From NCBI RefSeq assembly GCF_964355755.1, contig NC_092677.1, positions 22,803,175-22,867,174 on the forward strand: a stretch of DNA of 64,000 bases, written 5' to 3'. The notes under the pieces are model-generated. The model was not told the origin of the DNA. It did no database searches and saw only the letters and a list, made by a program, of their open reading frames with translations. Made by a program: the position numbers and the translations under genes. The stretch comes from Antedon mediterranea. Taxonomy: Eukaryota > Animalia > Echinodermata. Each line of letters opens with the position of its first letter. Within the stretch, counting starts at the first letter, position 1. This document shows positions 1-14,300 of the stretch, piece after piece.

Positions 1-1908
1 AGACAACTACTAGCTCCTTGCACAACAGATAGAGGAGGCTTACAATTTCCCGCATAAGAGCGGCTAAACCCAAAAAGCGGAGAACTTGTGAAGGGTTTCT
101 TGGAAGAAGTATTTTTACTTTCTCTCGCCATGGATGGAGTAATATATTAATTAATTTTATTTCCATGGAGGAATTGGCCTCTCTCAATGTTTATTTACGT
201 TTCGCGTACGTTTCATGCATTCATTTCAATTTCACGTGGGAAAAATCTTTTTAGGGCCTTCATGACGGCAACATCGGGTTGGCACGGTCGAAATACACTT
301 TTGTCATCGTCATTCTTTTATATACTGTCAAAAAAAACTACTAAATTAAAGCACTCAGGCCTAATAAAAATAACATTAAATCATTTCGGAGTAAATTGAA
401 AGAGCCTAAGAAAACCAAAGTTTCTGAAATCTACTTTTAGGCCTAGGAGGCCTACATTTCTATAGGCAATATTTTAGATATATCTATTAAATAATTGTAA
501 GATAATTAGTGCCATGTCTAGGCTACTACATTTTAAATATCGCAAAATAGCTTGATTTCGGAATTTCATTGCACAATAGAAGCAAAACGTTTTTGCTCCC
601 AAAGTAAACCCACGTGAATACGCCTTTTTCATTCACGAAACGGAACACATCTTCGATCGATGACAAACAATGCCGTGCAACGAAGCGTAACCAACAGAAA
701 TAACATAGCGTTTTCAAGGGATTTCAGGACACCATGTTAATTAAACAATCGCAACTCTTGTACGGAGGATCGTATGAGAAAATAAATTACTGTAAAATGT
801 TCTTAAAAGATTGGCCTACATCACTGTGTAATTGAAAAAATTTGAAAAATGTTTTTCACTACTTTAAAATCCATCGAAAAAAACACCACAGTGTATTAAG
901 CATAGGCGTTTTTCACCGACGTTTTTTCGCAGTGCAGTCGCGGTATAAAACGTTAAAATTAAGTTAAAATAGTGGGCAAGTAAAAAAATGATGAGGGCAA
1001 CCAAAATCTAAAACCTACTTGCCCGAAGGGCAACCAAATATTTTAGGATTCTGCGAGCCCTGGTTATCATTTTTGCATTATTACAAATAACCAAATTGGC
1101 ACCATTTTCTCTTGCAGTATGTTTTATAATATCTGTAACTGATTGTTTGCAATTTGTCCTATTTCTTATGCCAAGACATGACAGTTTATTTCCTCGCTGC
1201 TCGATTGTAATCTAGTCGGAAATTGCCAAAATAACTTGGTACCTGATATTCACATTCGCAGGAAATGACATTTTGCTTCATTACGTCTATTTTTAGACAG
1301 GATAACATTTTTATTTTCTGGGAAGTCTGGTTTTCTGAATGCTCAACTTTGTACCAATTTGTGTCAATGACTTTTTGGTAACTGTTTATTTTGTCTTTTT
1401 ATAAAGTGAAAACATTTTTTACAATTTGTTTTCCTATGGAAGTGATTAACTTATTAAACTTAACCTAATTAAAACTACAAAATAGTCTACAGTATTCAAA
1501 TTCTATTTTTACCATATATCCTCTGGTATAATCCCACCCGTCTACAACACAAAATTGGGCCGACTTTACAGTAGGCGGTGGGACTACAGTGCCTGAGAAA
1601 TCCTGGTTCAGAAAAAAATAAAATTGGTAAGTATTGTAAAACTCCATCTGAACTGGCTAGAGAGAGGCCTACATCCAGACCAAAGTCATTACTGGGACTA
1701 TAGCCTGTTTGTGAAATTAGACATAAAGTAGGGGTGGGATTTAATCCCAAAGTGGGATTATTCCCGACGATATACGGTAATCTTCATGTTTTGGGGAAGC
1801 AATGCATATTTAATTAGAATGTGATTTACCCCTTTCACATTGAACTAGCAAACCTAGTTTTCACTGTTAAATTTGGATTTGTGGTTGGTATAAGTGTGAG
1901 TGAATTCC

Positions 1909-2959
1909 TGTGTGCAAACTCTGGGGTGAAACAGTTGAATGCTCTCTAGTGTGTGCAAACTCTGGGGTGAAACAGTTGAATGCTCTCTAGTGTGTGCAAA
2001 CTCTGGGGTGAAACAGTTGAATGCTCACTAGTGTGTGCAAACTCTGGGGTGAAACAGTTGAATGCTCTCTAGTGTGTGCAAACTCTGGGGTGAAACAGTT
2101 GAATGCTCTCTAGTGTGTGCAAACTCTGGGGTGAAACAGTTGAATGCTCTCTAGTGTGCAAACTCTGGGGTGAAACAGTTGAATGCTCTCTAGTGTGTGC
2201 AAACTCTGGGGTGAAACAGTTGAATGCTCTCTAGTGTGTGCAAACTCTGGGGTGAAACAGTTGAATGCTCTCTAGTGTGTGCAAACTCTGGGGTGAAACA
2301 GTTGAATGCTCTCTAGTGTGTGCAAACTCTGGGGTGAAACAGTTGAAAGCTCTCTAGTGTGTGCAAACTCTGGAGTGAAACAGTTGAATGCTCTCTAGTG
2401 TGTGCAGACTCTGGGGTGAAACAGTTGAATGCTCTTTAGTGTGTGCAAACTCTGGGGTGAAACAGTTGAATGCTCTCTAGTGTGTGCAAACTCTGGGGTG
2501 AAACAGTTGAATGCTCTTTAGTGTGTGCAAACTCTGGGGTGAAACAGTTGAATGCTCTCTAGTGTGTGCAACAGGGAAAAATTTCATTTTAAAATTTTGT
2601 TTAGCAATTATTGCTAATCAAACTGATTTTTTAGTCGAGAAACATAGTTTTTTATTGTCTTTTTTGCTACACAATTTTAGAAATGTGTAGCAATAAGGTT
2701 GTTTTGTATAGCTTTTTGCTATGCTACACTGGCGAAATTATTCCCTGGTGTGCAAACTCTGGGGTGAAACAGTTTAATGCTCTCTAGTGTGTGCAAACTC
2801 TGGGGTGAAACAATTAAATGCTCTCTAGTGTGCAAACTCTGGGGTGAAACAATTAAATGCTCTCTAGTGTGCAAACTCTGGGGTTAAACAGTTGAATGCT
2901 CTCTAGTGTGCAAACTCTGGGGTTAAACAGTTTGAATGCTCTCTAGTGTGTGCAAACTC
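1909..2959. repeat. 41-bp minisatellite (TGTGTGCAAACTCTGGGGTGAAACAGTTGAATGCTCTCTAG), ~16 copies plus ~5 after an insertion
   Basis: Directly visible head-to-tail copies without spacers. Confidence 0.97.
2572..2747. mobile_element. hAT-type MITE inserted into the minisatellite
   Basis: TIRs CAGGGAAAAATTTC / GAAATTATTCCCTG (13/14); 8-bp TSD GTGTGCAA at 2564-2571 and 2748-2755. Confidence 0.88.
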
Positions 2960-3240
2960 CTGAGACACGCCGTTGGTCAAAAGATTATTATCATTGCGCG
3001 GTCATTCATTGCTTTAGTTGTACAGAATTTCTTGTTGGTGTAAATGGTCAGCAACCCTGGAGAAACTCTAGGTATATAGTATGCTCCATTTAATAATTTG
3101 ATTCCTACATTTAACTTCTAAATAGTAAATCAGATAATATTTAAATATAAAATAGATGTAGCCTATATTTTTGTAAAACTATTGTTTAATAAAATAGGAG
3201 AAAATAAATAATTTTTGGTAAGAAATTGTCACATACAAGG

Positions 3241-4840
3241 CAGGGGTGGCGCCAGGATCTTCCCGACACGGGGGCTACATTCCCCGACGAGGGGGCTATG
3301 CGAGCATCACTAGGCTGGGGGCCAGGGGGCCGCCAAGGGCCCCCGGTGGGGGTCCAGGGGGCGAAGCCCCCAGAAGCAACGCGTTCTAGCGTCATTTGAG
3401 GTCATTTTAATCAGATTTAGGGTAGCCATTTTTTCCATTTTTTATAATGCATAAATAAAATACTGCGTGCAAAAAAACGATGCGCGATGACTGTTTCAAT
3501 CCATATTTTTCAATTTAAAAAATAAAAGTTCAAAGAAAATTTTGAAAAATAGAGTTGGAGGTCCCGGAAATTGGACTTATTATACTTCAAAACATGAAAC
3601 AAAATATATCAAGTCCCTATCAAGAGGTTGTGACTGAGCTAAGAAATGTTTGAAAAATAGAGATGTTAGGTCCCGGAAAATGCACTTTTTGTACTTCGAA
3701 ATATGACCAGCTTTATTGTTGGGGCTGAGCTAAGAAACTGTTTAAAACTAGAGCTGCAGGTCTTCAAAAAATTGCATTTTATACTTCGGAAACATCAGGC
3801 CTAGAGGCTTAAAAAACGCAAGCGTAGACCTTTTTCAGTCGGGTAAATAAGTTTATTCCTCCCAAGTGTATGCGTGCGTACCATCTGGACTTCCGAGTGG
3901 TGAGAAATTCATGACATACAGGACATTGAAAATGTAATAACTTAGCTATAATAAGATGTTGGCTAAGCGAAAATGGCATGTTTTTTTGTTTAGTAATGGA
4001 TGAAAAATTTATTTTAGGTGCCCCACGGTACATAAGGTTACTAATTGTAAATTTAAAAAAATGGTGAACATACGAACAATTAACGTAATTCGTTTTTGCT
4101 GTAGTGTAGCGTACGTCGACGCAGTACACGACGTAACCGTCAGTAAACTTTGCCTGGAAAATAACTACAGTACACATTTTGGTCCCTGGATGGAACATGA
4201 TATCACGCGTCTCGACCCAACGTTGAACGATTCGTACAAAGGGATACCGCCAGACAAGTGCGAACCTAGCTATTGTTTAGTAGTAAGTTAGATCGCTGGC
4301 AATAATGAATGCATATAAAGTGCATAATATCACTGACGTACTCTCACGGTCAATGGAACGTCGTGGTTTTCTAGGCGCTGAAGCTATATGAAGTGAACGC
4401 GAACGCTTTTTACTGTATATTATATTCCCCGACAAAAAGTACCCGTGTTCCCTTCGGTAACCGTCGGTAAACTTCGCCTGGAAAATAACTACATTACACA
4501 TCTGGATGGAACTTGATATCACGCGTCTCAACCCAACGTTGAACGATTCGTACAAAGGGATACCGCCAGACAAGTGCGTACCTAGCTAATGTTTAGTAGT
4601 AAGTTAGATCGCTGGCAATAAATGAATGCATGAAAGTGCATAATAGCCCTCTGACGTACTCTCACGGTCAATGGAACGTCGTGGTTTTCTAGGCGCTGAA
4701 GCTATATGAAGTGAAAGCGAACGTTTTTTACTGTATATTATATTCCCCGACAAAAAGTACCCGTGTTCCCCGACGGGGGGGCTAGGCTCCTCGACGAGGG
4801 GGCTAGAGCCCCCGTAGCCCCCCCGCTGGCGCCACCACTG
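3241..4840. mobile_element. Non-autonomous hAT-type DNA transposon (1.6 kb) with an internal ~320-bp tandem duplication
   Basis: TIRs CAGGGGTGGCGCCAG / CTGGCGCCACCACTG (14/15); 8-bp TSD ATACAAGG at 3233-3240 and 4841-4848; GC-rich subterminal motifs CGACGAGGGGGCTA. Confidence 0.92.
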
Positions 4841-5090
4841 ATACAAGGTTAGTACGAAAACTACAACTCAGTGTTGTGCAACAGAGTAGGGGTGTGATTT
4901 AAAAATGGCATGTCTGATTAGCTGATTTGTTGCAGCAATTTCCGCTTTATGATTACCTGCCTTTTTTTAAACACAGCTGTAGCAGTACATACTGTAGATC
5001 AACTAATTTGTCTAGTGATAACAAATAAAAAATATTTTATTTTATCATTACAGATTACCTTTGCTATTATCTTGGAAGAAAAATTTAAAG

Positions 5091-5331
5091 ATGGCTAGCT
5101 ATAACGGTGCTACTACAGATTCAGTGATTGTAGTGGGAAACACTGTAAAGTGTTCACCAAGACTTGATGGCAAACCAGAGAACATTCAGTACATCAAAAA
5201 AGAGTTTATTATGGGCAAAGTGATGACAAAGTTCTTCCAAAAGAGACGGCCAGAAAAAAGAACTTTTGAAGTAGTTATGGAGACAAGACGACTGATTTGG
5301 CGGCGCCAGATGGGTCGTGTTGAAGGATATA
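5091..5331 (+). CDS. PLCG1: PLCG coding exon 1 (N-terminal PH domain start)
   Basis: ATG 5091; MASYNG...[31 protein letters not shown]; donor GTAAGT at 5332. An upstream acceptor (cag 5051-5053) implies a 5' UTR exon further upstream. Confidence 0.9.
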
Positions 5332-8300
5332 GTAAGTAAATACAGCATGTAATTGATCTTTTGCTTTACAATCCAACTGACTGTTATAGGTCTAGTAGAC
5401 TTTCAGTTGTAAAATGTTAGTTTAGAAAAACTATAGGAGAGTTAGTAATTGTATGCCAATGCTCAAATGTATTGATTGAAATTTATATTTATACTGGGTA
5501 ACCTCTTCAGTCAAAGACTGGTCTCCCAGAGGGCCCAGTTGGTGATCAGTGGCTGTGATGTACTAATACACCGGGGTAACCCCCTACTCGTCTCGAAAGA
5601 TGTACTAGGTTCTTTAAAGTGCACACGAGCTAGATGTGTACACTGGACCTACGGTTTATAGTCCTTATCCGAGAAGACTCGTTCTACCATCAGAACCATG
5701 GGGTGAGTGAGCCTCGAACCCCTGCCGATGTTATGGCTACGTAATTACGGTTCCACTGTCTTAACCGCTCGGCCACTCACTCATTGGAACATAAATGTCT
5801 TGTAGGCCTACAGCATTAAAAAATGAGAGCAAAAAAAATAGCTTGCTAGACAATTGTTTGCCCTAATGCATTTGTATACAGTAACGATCACATCAATCAG
5901 ATAATTACAATACTTTGTACAGTTACATTACTGACACGGATATAGTCTACTGCAAATACTCCATTTTTGGCCCCGGGAGACTCCCATATTTTAAACTCGT
6001 CTCCCAGCATAACATTAGGCTCCCTGTTTTCTTCGTTTCTGAATTTGTTAATGTATAATTTGTATTTTTTTGCAATAAATGAATAAATCTTCCAATCAAG
6101 CGAATTTACGATATTTAAGCGGTTATAATTTATTGATTATAATTTATGGATTTTTTTTTCAAATAGAAAGTTTCTTCAAATCACATAGCCACAATACCGA
6201 TAATATATAGAGGGCGCTGTTGATCTAAAAAACCACCACCTCCACCTTTTTGACCTTCAGATGCTGGCATATGATAAGCCTTGGGTATATGCCTACTGTA
6301 ATTTCACCTGTCGCTGACTGATCACCTTAAAATTTTTATTTAAATTTGGTGTAAAATTTTTTATTTTTTTTTTTAGTATCAAACGGACCTGAAATTTAAT
6401 TTCCGTTGATATTATGATATACAGGTCATTCAACCACACGTATAAAATGAAGTGTGAACTAATTGCAATCACATACTTCTAAATTTGAATAAATTAGTGA
6501 TACAAATTATTAACGATGCAATAATATTTTTTTATTTATTTTTTTTTTATTTCATCATATAATACATTACAAAGGAAAAACATAATCAAATAAAAAATTA
6601 ACATTTTAATTTTTTATTTGGTGTAAAATGATGTACTTTACAGTAGGTACACGTTAATTTAAAGAAAGGAGCTGGGTATAATAATTTGTTTTCCTATACA
6701 GTATAGAGTACATCCTTTATTCAGGGTTTTAGGATTTGATGGCTTGTTATGTTAAACTGTAGGTATAACACTGTATTGATTGGAGGTTTATATTACAGTT
6801 TTAGTACACAGTACTGTATGTTTTTTCATTGTTAATTATATGGAATTGAATTGATAGTACAATAATGGAAAGACCATGTGAAATCATGTGTTTATTTTGT
6901 TTTAATTAGCTGCCAAATTATGAAATGAAAATTGATGGAAACGTATTATGACAGATTTAAACTAAATTTAATTAAATGTTGTCAGTAATGTAAATATTGG
7001 TGTCTGTTCTGATTGTGTGTATGATGACAAAGATGAATTGACACTGCAGTGCATCCTGCTATTGGGGTTTGTTTTGGGTGAATCAGGTCAAAGTTTATGG
7101 CCGTCAACTGATGTTGGGTTTATAACCCTCTCTACCCAAACAACAAACAAGCAAGAAAGGCAGGAATATAAAAAGATCTGTAAAATGAGAGTGGTTTTTT
7201 GTTGCAGAGTTTATTAGTGTTAACATTGCCATTTATGTGCCCATACAGTAAACTGATTGAAATGATCTAGATTGCTGTAGAACGGCAAAGCTTCTCAACA
7301 GACCGAGGGAGGGCCCTTGGTGGCCCCCTGTCCCCCAGTCAAATGTTGCTCACTTCGCTCACAAAATACTCATCGCTGGTTGTGCCCTGAATTGTGAGAG
7401 GTCTTTATTTTTTTCAGTGTAAATGGTAACATGAAATATGAAAAAATGCAACACAATAACATCAAAAAGTGATAAAATAGAGTAAAATATAATCAAGAAA
7501 ATTAGTTTTCTTTTTTCCAGTGGAGTTTGATTTTGGTAACTGACTACTGTTAGATTCGTAAAAGTTCCAAAAATCTCTGGGTGTGCTGCTGTATGTATTG
7601 TATACAGACTCTTATAAGAATAAAGATCTAGCCTTGCCTGGTAAACCATATGGTACAGGCTGGCTATTACTGTACCTTCAAATGAATAGGCATTTGAATA
7701 ATAATATTGTCTAGTACACTGTAGTTGATATGTTGCAGCATGTGAATGAACTACAACACCAACAGACAGTAATAATATGGTACAGTACTATTTCCAAGGT
7801 TGATTGTATACGGAAGTTCTTTTCTTCCTCTTTCTGAATGTTAAAGTTTGTTATCAATCAATGATTACTTTCTGTTTTGATTTTGCTATTAATCAAATCA
7901 TTAAAAAGAAAGTGCATAATTTATACTGTTCAAATCTATATACCTGTCTAGTATGATATTTATTCTAGCTAATTAATGTAAATCCTGTAGCTTTAATAAA
8001 ATAAGTTCCATTAGATAAGAGTACTGTAATAGACACTATCTGACACTGACAGACTTCTTATACATTGAATTTGATTCTAATTCGGTTTTACCTGTTTTAC
8101 ACTATTCAAATGTATTTGTGCAAATCGAAAGGATTAAAGATGGATTGTTCCCCTGAAAAAATAATTTGTTAATATTTTTGTTGAATATGCCATTTATGTA
8201 TCACATAATAGTTATTCATTTATTTACTTGAAAAAAACTTTTATTTTATGCACAAAATAGTCAAATTGGCTGCCAGCCAATGGGTTTTTGGTTGAATTTA

Positions 8301-11300
8301 ACCGTTATTTTGTCATTTTATAACTGAAAACAATAATTTGATTTCAGTTTTTTTTCTAAGGAAGTGATTAACTTTATTAAAACTATTAATTTCTGTGACA
8401 AATTCTAGTCCTGTGCCTTTTTTGCTTCAGTGAAATTGGTATTTCAAACAGTCTCTACGAAACAAAAAATTCTCTACAAATCAGAGCTTAGGAAATGTTG
8501 ATGAGCACTTTCATGCTAATACATTTATAGATAAAACATGCGTGATAAAATTAAAATCGCGGCTATTAACTCTTGTAGTAGAAAATAATAAAGAAGTAGC
8601 TGAATTTTTATTCTTCGAATACATCAGAAATTTTCCTAGTAAAAACAGGATTAAGGTTCACATGTCACCTTCCATGCACTTTGTTTCTAACGATCTGAAA
8701 TTTTTACACTGTACATACTGAAAAGAATGTTTTAGTGCAACACAGACATGTTTTTTTAGATAATTTATTTAGCTAATGATGACGATAGTCCATTATGTAT
8801 ATGATGTAGTATTTATTAATGGTGTCTTCAGATCAATGTGTACAGTATAACCATTTAAGAATAATTTAGATATGTCCTCCATGGTATAGCAATAACATAT
8901 ACCGTACATAATTTCATAGAATAGTACTGTACTACTAAAATAATGGAGAGCAAATTATTTTTCATTACAGAGTACCTCCTAAAATACATTCAGAAAATAC
9001 ATTATAAAAAAAAAAGAAAAAACAATACTGCCTCTAATATAGCATTTAATTTTATAAACTATTGTTAGTATCGTATTGGTTAGACACTGATTATCTTTGT
9101 AGTTTGGCCTTTAGGAAACAGGAAGTGATCATGTATAGCAGGTTTACTGGTTTTTGTATTTTTATCTCAATTCAATCATATTAATTAAATAATATAAATG
9201 ATGGCAAGACAAGTAAATACCGGGAGGGTGTGAAGAAAGTCAGAAAGTTTGAAGTTAAAATGATAATAAAACTAAGTGCAGAGTCAACTTCAACAAGATT
9301 AAAACTCTAAAGCAATAAAGAAACATCTTCTGCTCAAACTTCAAAAACATAAGTGCATCAGATGGGTTGGGTCTTGCAAAATTAAATGTGTTTTCTGTGT
9401 TACCTGATGGATGTGGTTCTTTAAACAAACATTTTCCACTCAAACTTTTAAAAAATAAGTGCATCGAATGGGTTAAAGGGGGATTCTGGGTTTAAAATTG
9501 CTTTTAAATATCGTTTATTTATTAAATAAAAAATATTATAACAATATAGACATGTCAGAATGAAGAAGTAATAACGAGAAATTAAAAAAATTAAATTTCA
9601 TATACATTTTAGGGTAAATTCATGGAAAGTCTGTTTTTCAGCAGCTTAGGGAAGCTCATTAATATTCATGAGATATTCACAAAATCACGTCACCAGTGGA
9701 TTCCAAACTCGCGACGTAATGTACGTTGTCTTTGTCAACTAATTTACATCTCTCTCCCCTGTCAAACGACGACCACCCGATCATTGTGAAATACATTTTT
9801 TGTAGATTTTCTAAGCTAGGCCTAAAGTGTAATAATAACAGTAGTAGCATATATTTATTTGACATTTAATGAAATACAAAATTTAGTACAGATTACGGAG
9901 TCATAAATTATACTATTTTTATACCTCTATAGTACAGATCGTATTATCGGCTTCACGTACAATACTACTCGAGGCCTAGCCTAATGGGCGAGAGCCATTT
10001 TGACTAGGGATTCCATGCCACGATGGCTACGTTAAAACAGTGGGGCCCATAGCCCTAGCTAGCCTACTACTAGACGATTGGCCCATAAATAACAAAACCC
10101 ATCCTATCAACCAAACTCATAAACAATCTAAACCTAAAATGTTCTACAAAATCGGCTGTAAATATTGAAGGAAACAAAACAAGGTCCGATCGCCGTCCAC
10201 ACGTATGGTGTCCCGATCGTCTAAAATAAAATAGGCTTAGTTTACTCTCCAAAAAATCGGATACTCTCATGCATCAAGCAAGTAGACCAGGTAGTAGGAA
10301 GGAGACCTAGCCGATCCGGCCCAGTTAAAAATTGAGCTAGCTAGTGTAGTAGACCCTATTGATGCGAATTGATACTACCAGGCCTTTTACTATAGGCTGC
10401 ACTACACAAATATTCCAACTCTCTCATTCGAGCTATATTATCTATACCATTCCGGTAGGTCGAGTCGACCTTCAATCAAATACTGTATATCGTTCATGTT
10501 GTGATTATAGACGGGGTATACTCGACCCGACCAGTTTGGTATTGTTGTATCTGCTTATCACGTGACGATGCCAGGCATGGGCAGCAGAGAGAGCATGTGT
10601 ATCGTCGTCTCGCTCGATCCGATCCTCAGCAGGAATGTACAGTATACGTTACGCTTCATTGATTTTGATTTTTCCCTAAGTCGGTGCGAAAATCGGCAAA
10701 CGTAAAGTGCAAACATATCTAATTTTTCACTATTTTGATGAATTTTCATAAAAAATTGACTATATAAATGGGAAGACCGACTAAAATTACATCAGATAAG
10801 TATAATTTTACAAAAGTAATTGATATGGTTAATGATAACGAGTCGTCGGAAGACGGACCATTTCACGAATTTCCTATTTTGTAACCACAGTGTGATTTTG
10901 CCGTAGCTGCACTTGTAATCTGGCCTGATTTCACAGCCTTCATTCTGCTTCACTGGGCGCTTATATAAATTGAAACTTTTACCGTTCAAGAGACAAACAA
11001 ATATATTTTACATTTTTTACTATTCATTTTAAACCCGGAACCCCCCTTTAAGTCTTGCAAAGTGAATACCGGTATGTTTTCTGTGTTACCTGATGGATGT
11101 GGTTCTTTAAACAAACATTTTCCGCTCAAACTTCAAAAACATAAGTGCATCGGATGGGTTGGGTCTTGCAAAATTGAAAGTGTTTTCTGTATTACCTGAT
11201 GGATGTGGTTCTTTAAACAAAAATTTATTTTCTCAGAATGTATTGTTTTGTATGAAGATATTGTGGGCAGTTTGACAGTATACAGTATTTTACAATTGTA

Positions 11301-14300
11301 AAATCACATTTATTCATGAAAACAATTGGTTATAAAATACCTTAGATTTATATTTAATTTTATTATTAATATGTTGTAGTTCATTTTATTAATATGAAAA
11401 ATGACAATTTACGTTACAATCTTTTTTTAGTTGATATTAGTGAAATCAAAGAAGTCCGACCAGGAAAAAATTCCAGAGACTTCGAGAAATGGTCAGAAGA
11501 AGCACGCAAAATCGATCGCAATCTATGTTTTGTGATATATTACGGGTCAGAATTCAGGCTGAAAAGTATTTCATTGGCTGGTAATTATTATAAATATGTT
11601 TTTCTTCTGATTATATAAAAAAAATTATTAATTTACAAACAATGGTTACAATAAGCACATTTCTAATAAACGCTAATTTATTGGACGATTGTGGGTCATA
11701 TTTTTACGCTCACATTGTGGTGTATTTATATATATATATTTGTCAGTGGAAGATTGGACAATGCAACGTCCCTTAACAACAATACTTTGCTCTTGAGATC
11801 CACATGAAAATATAATTTCACCTTTGGTATTTGTTCCATTCCACTCATAAACGTTCATTTTTTCTATACTGTATAGTTCCAAAAGGAAATATTGTTATGG
11901 TTGAAAATGTCTTGACGTACAATCAATGTTTAATACAAAATTTAGACCAGACACAATTTCTCACTGCAAACTGTAATTAATTGCTATTTATAGTAGTTAA
12001 AAATAATTTTCAATTAATTTGAAATTTAATTTAATTATTGGATTAAAATTTAATTATTTGAATTTAAGTAAATATCAAAGATCAGCGAAGAATATTTCAT
12101 TGCCATCCAATGCAGATTTAAATGAAGCGAGTCAATTCTACAATGTTTTGTTGCAATACACCTAACATTACTGTACCTGAAATGTAAATGATGTCTCTTA
12201 GTCTTACCAAGATGTAATAGCCCCCCCCCCCCCCCCCCCCCCCCCCATGGTGGGGGTTGTGCCGAAGCGAATTTTGTTACAGGACACACTTAGATGGCCG
12301 GAAATGGCACTCTCGCACGCAAAATCCATGATAAATGGCACCTTTCTAGTTCGCCGGAAATGACACTTTATTAGCAGGGATAACGATGCAAAATTAAAAG
12401 TTGTTATTTTTCAACCAATTTAAACATTATCTGTTGGTATTTTGTTTCAATATTCCAATAAAGAAAGAATTACGAAAATCTGACTTGTAGTTTTCGAAAT
12501 ATAGGGTCTAAAACATTGCCGAAAATGATCGTTTTTAGTCACGAACGTTGTAAACAAATTGCGCCATTATTCGGTAAATAATTACATATAAAAATTACGT
12601 TTTATAGTAATTTCTTTTATATATCAACATTGGAAATTTCAATAAAATATGTTATTAAATGTTTATAAAATATATAGAGTTGTTTATTTAACGGAATTCG
12701 TACAAATTCATTGCTCTAAATTTGTGTAGTACCGTTCAGTACAGAGAGATCACGTCGCGAGAGAAAACATTCCGCTGTGGGTGATTCGCGTCCACCAATC
12801 AAATAGCCACAATCCACCGTCTCTGCCGATCGCGGGAAAGCTCAGCTTTGATTGGCTTACGATGACATCATATCACAAAATAGTGGTTTTGTAGTTGAGC
12901 CTCGCGTAATTTTCACAAATATTGTTTCAAAAATGAAATAAATGAACCTTCTTTATGGTATGTGTGATTTTCCTTTAAAAGATTTGAATAATAAAGGCTT
13001 AATATCGAGAAAAAAACATTTTTTTGGCACTTATAATAAATATTTCTCAGAGAAAAAAGCACATGGCTTGTAGAACTATATTATCTTGGCGTAGGAAGAC
13101 AAACAAATCCCAGGTTATGAGAGGCTTAACTACAAAAACAAGGTTGAATAGTGTAAGGACCGTTCGATGATTTTTGAGTAAACAATCTACCGCGTATGGT
13201 CGTACGCGCTAGATAGTACGATATTTTAACTACATTTTTTACATGTTTGGTTGGATGTAATGGAAATAAAAAATAGTTTATCTGATGGAATGATATGTAA
13301 ATAAACAAATACTCAAAAGAATTATGTTTACAGTTCAATTATTTTCAGAATAATAATACATAAAAATGTGTTTACCAATGGACAAATAATCGCGTCAATG
13401 ACATAGCGCGCATGGTAACGTACGCGGAGTTGAATCGTAAAAAGTTTACATGCGCCCTCTGTAGTATGTGAAACGATCTATTTAAAGAAGTTTAAGTAGA
13501 GATCATCACGCGTCACCACCTCTCACGATGCTCTTTGATCGGCCGCCGTAACTTAACATCGCGCTCATTGTGATAAATTTCTGTTTGTATTTTTGGGGTT
13601 AGTGTAGACTGTAGCCTACTCTGTGCATACTAATATACACACAAATATGTCACACGAATAAAATATTGAACCTCTAAAAAAAGGGCACCCTTAAAATTTA
13701 GGGGGGTCCGGACCCCGTGGACCCCCCCCCCTCTGGATCCGCCCCAGGGTAGCATTACTCAAATTTTCCTTTGTTATCTAGTAATGATGCTTGAAAAATC
13801 TAATTTCAATTGTAGATAATATGCCCGTGAATTACAGTAATTCCTAATATGACAAGAACACATAGAACTATGCTTTTAACGTTTATTTTAATTCATAGAC
13901 ATATCTAGTGTAGGTTTTCAAAAGAGTTAATGAAATTTCCTAACCTAAAAATTGGTTTTCATTGTTAGGACAATTGCAATTCAAATGTTACTATTCTGCG
14001 TCTGTTCACCAATACAATTTTAAAAAGACATGTGATTTTTTCACCAGCAAGAAATTCTTTGGGAAATCCCCTTCTTCTTCAAAATACCATTGTAGTGTTC
14101 ATAAAACAAAATTCTTTAAAATAATTTATTAAGCACTTCTGTTACTGTAATGAAAATACAGCACAGATTTATTAATACATTTTTTTGTATTGCACAAGCA
14201 CAACATTTGGTTGTTTTAGGGGTTTTGGTCAAAACTGTTTCATGTAAAAGGATATTATAAATTAATAACATAAATTCACCAATAAATCATGATTTTGGTA

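Noticed and set aside
1-1800. Promoter or first non-coding exon of the PLC-gamma gene
   Set aside because: The sequence looks like mixed repeat fragments and I cannot support a TSS or donor site; the 5' exon may lie outside the window.
1909-2959. CRISPR-like regular repeat array
   Set aside because: Units are head-to-tail with no unique spacers, there are no cas genes, and the context is a eukaryotic intron.
5476-5661. Duplicated 61-aa ORF (also 46598-46783) as a small protein gene
   Set aside because: It is the antisense reading of a tRNA-derived SINE and starts at TTG.
5700-5782. tRNA gene
   Set aside because: A/B boxes are present but attached to a SINE body and tail; no clean cloverleaf is evident.
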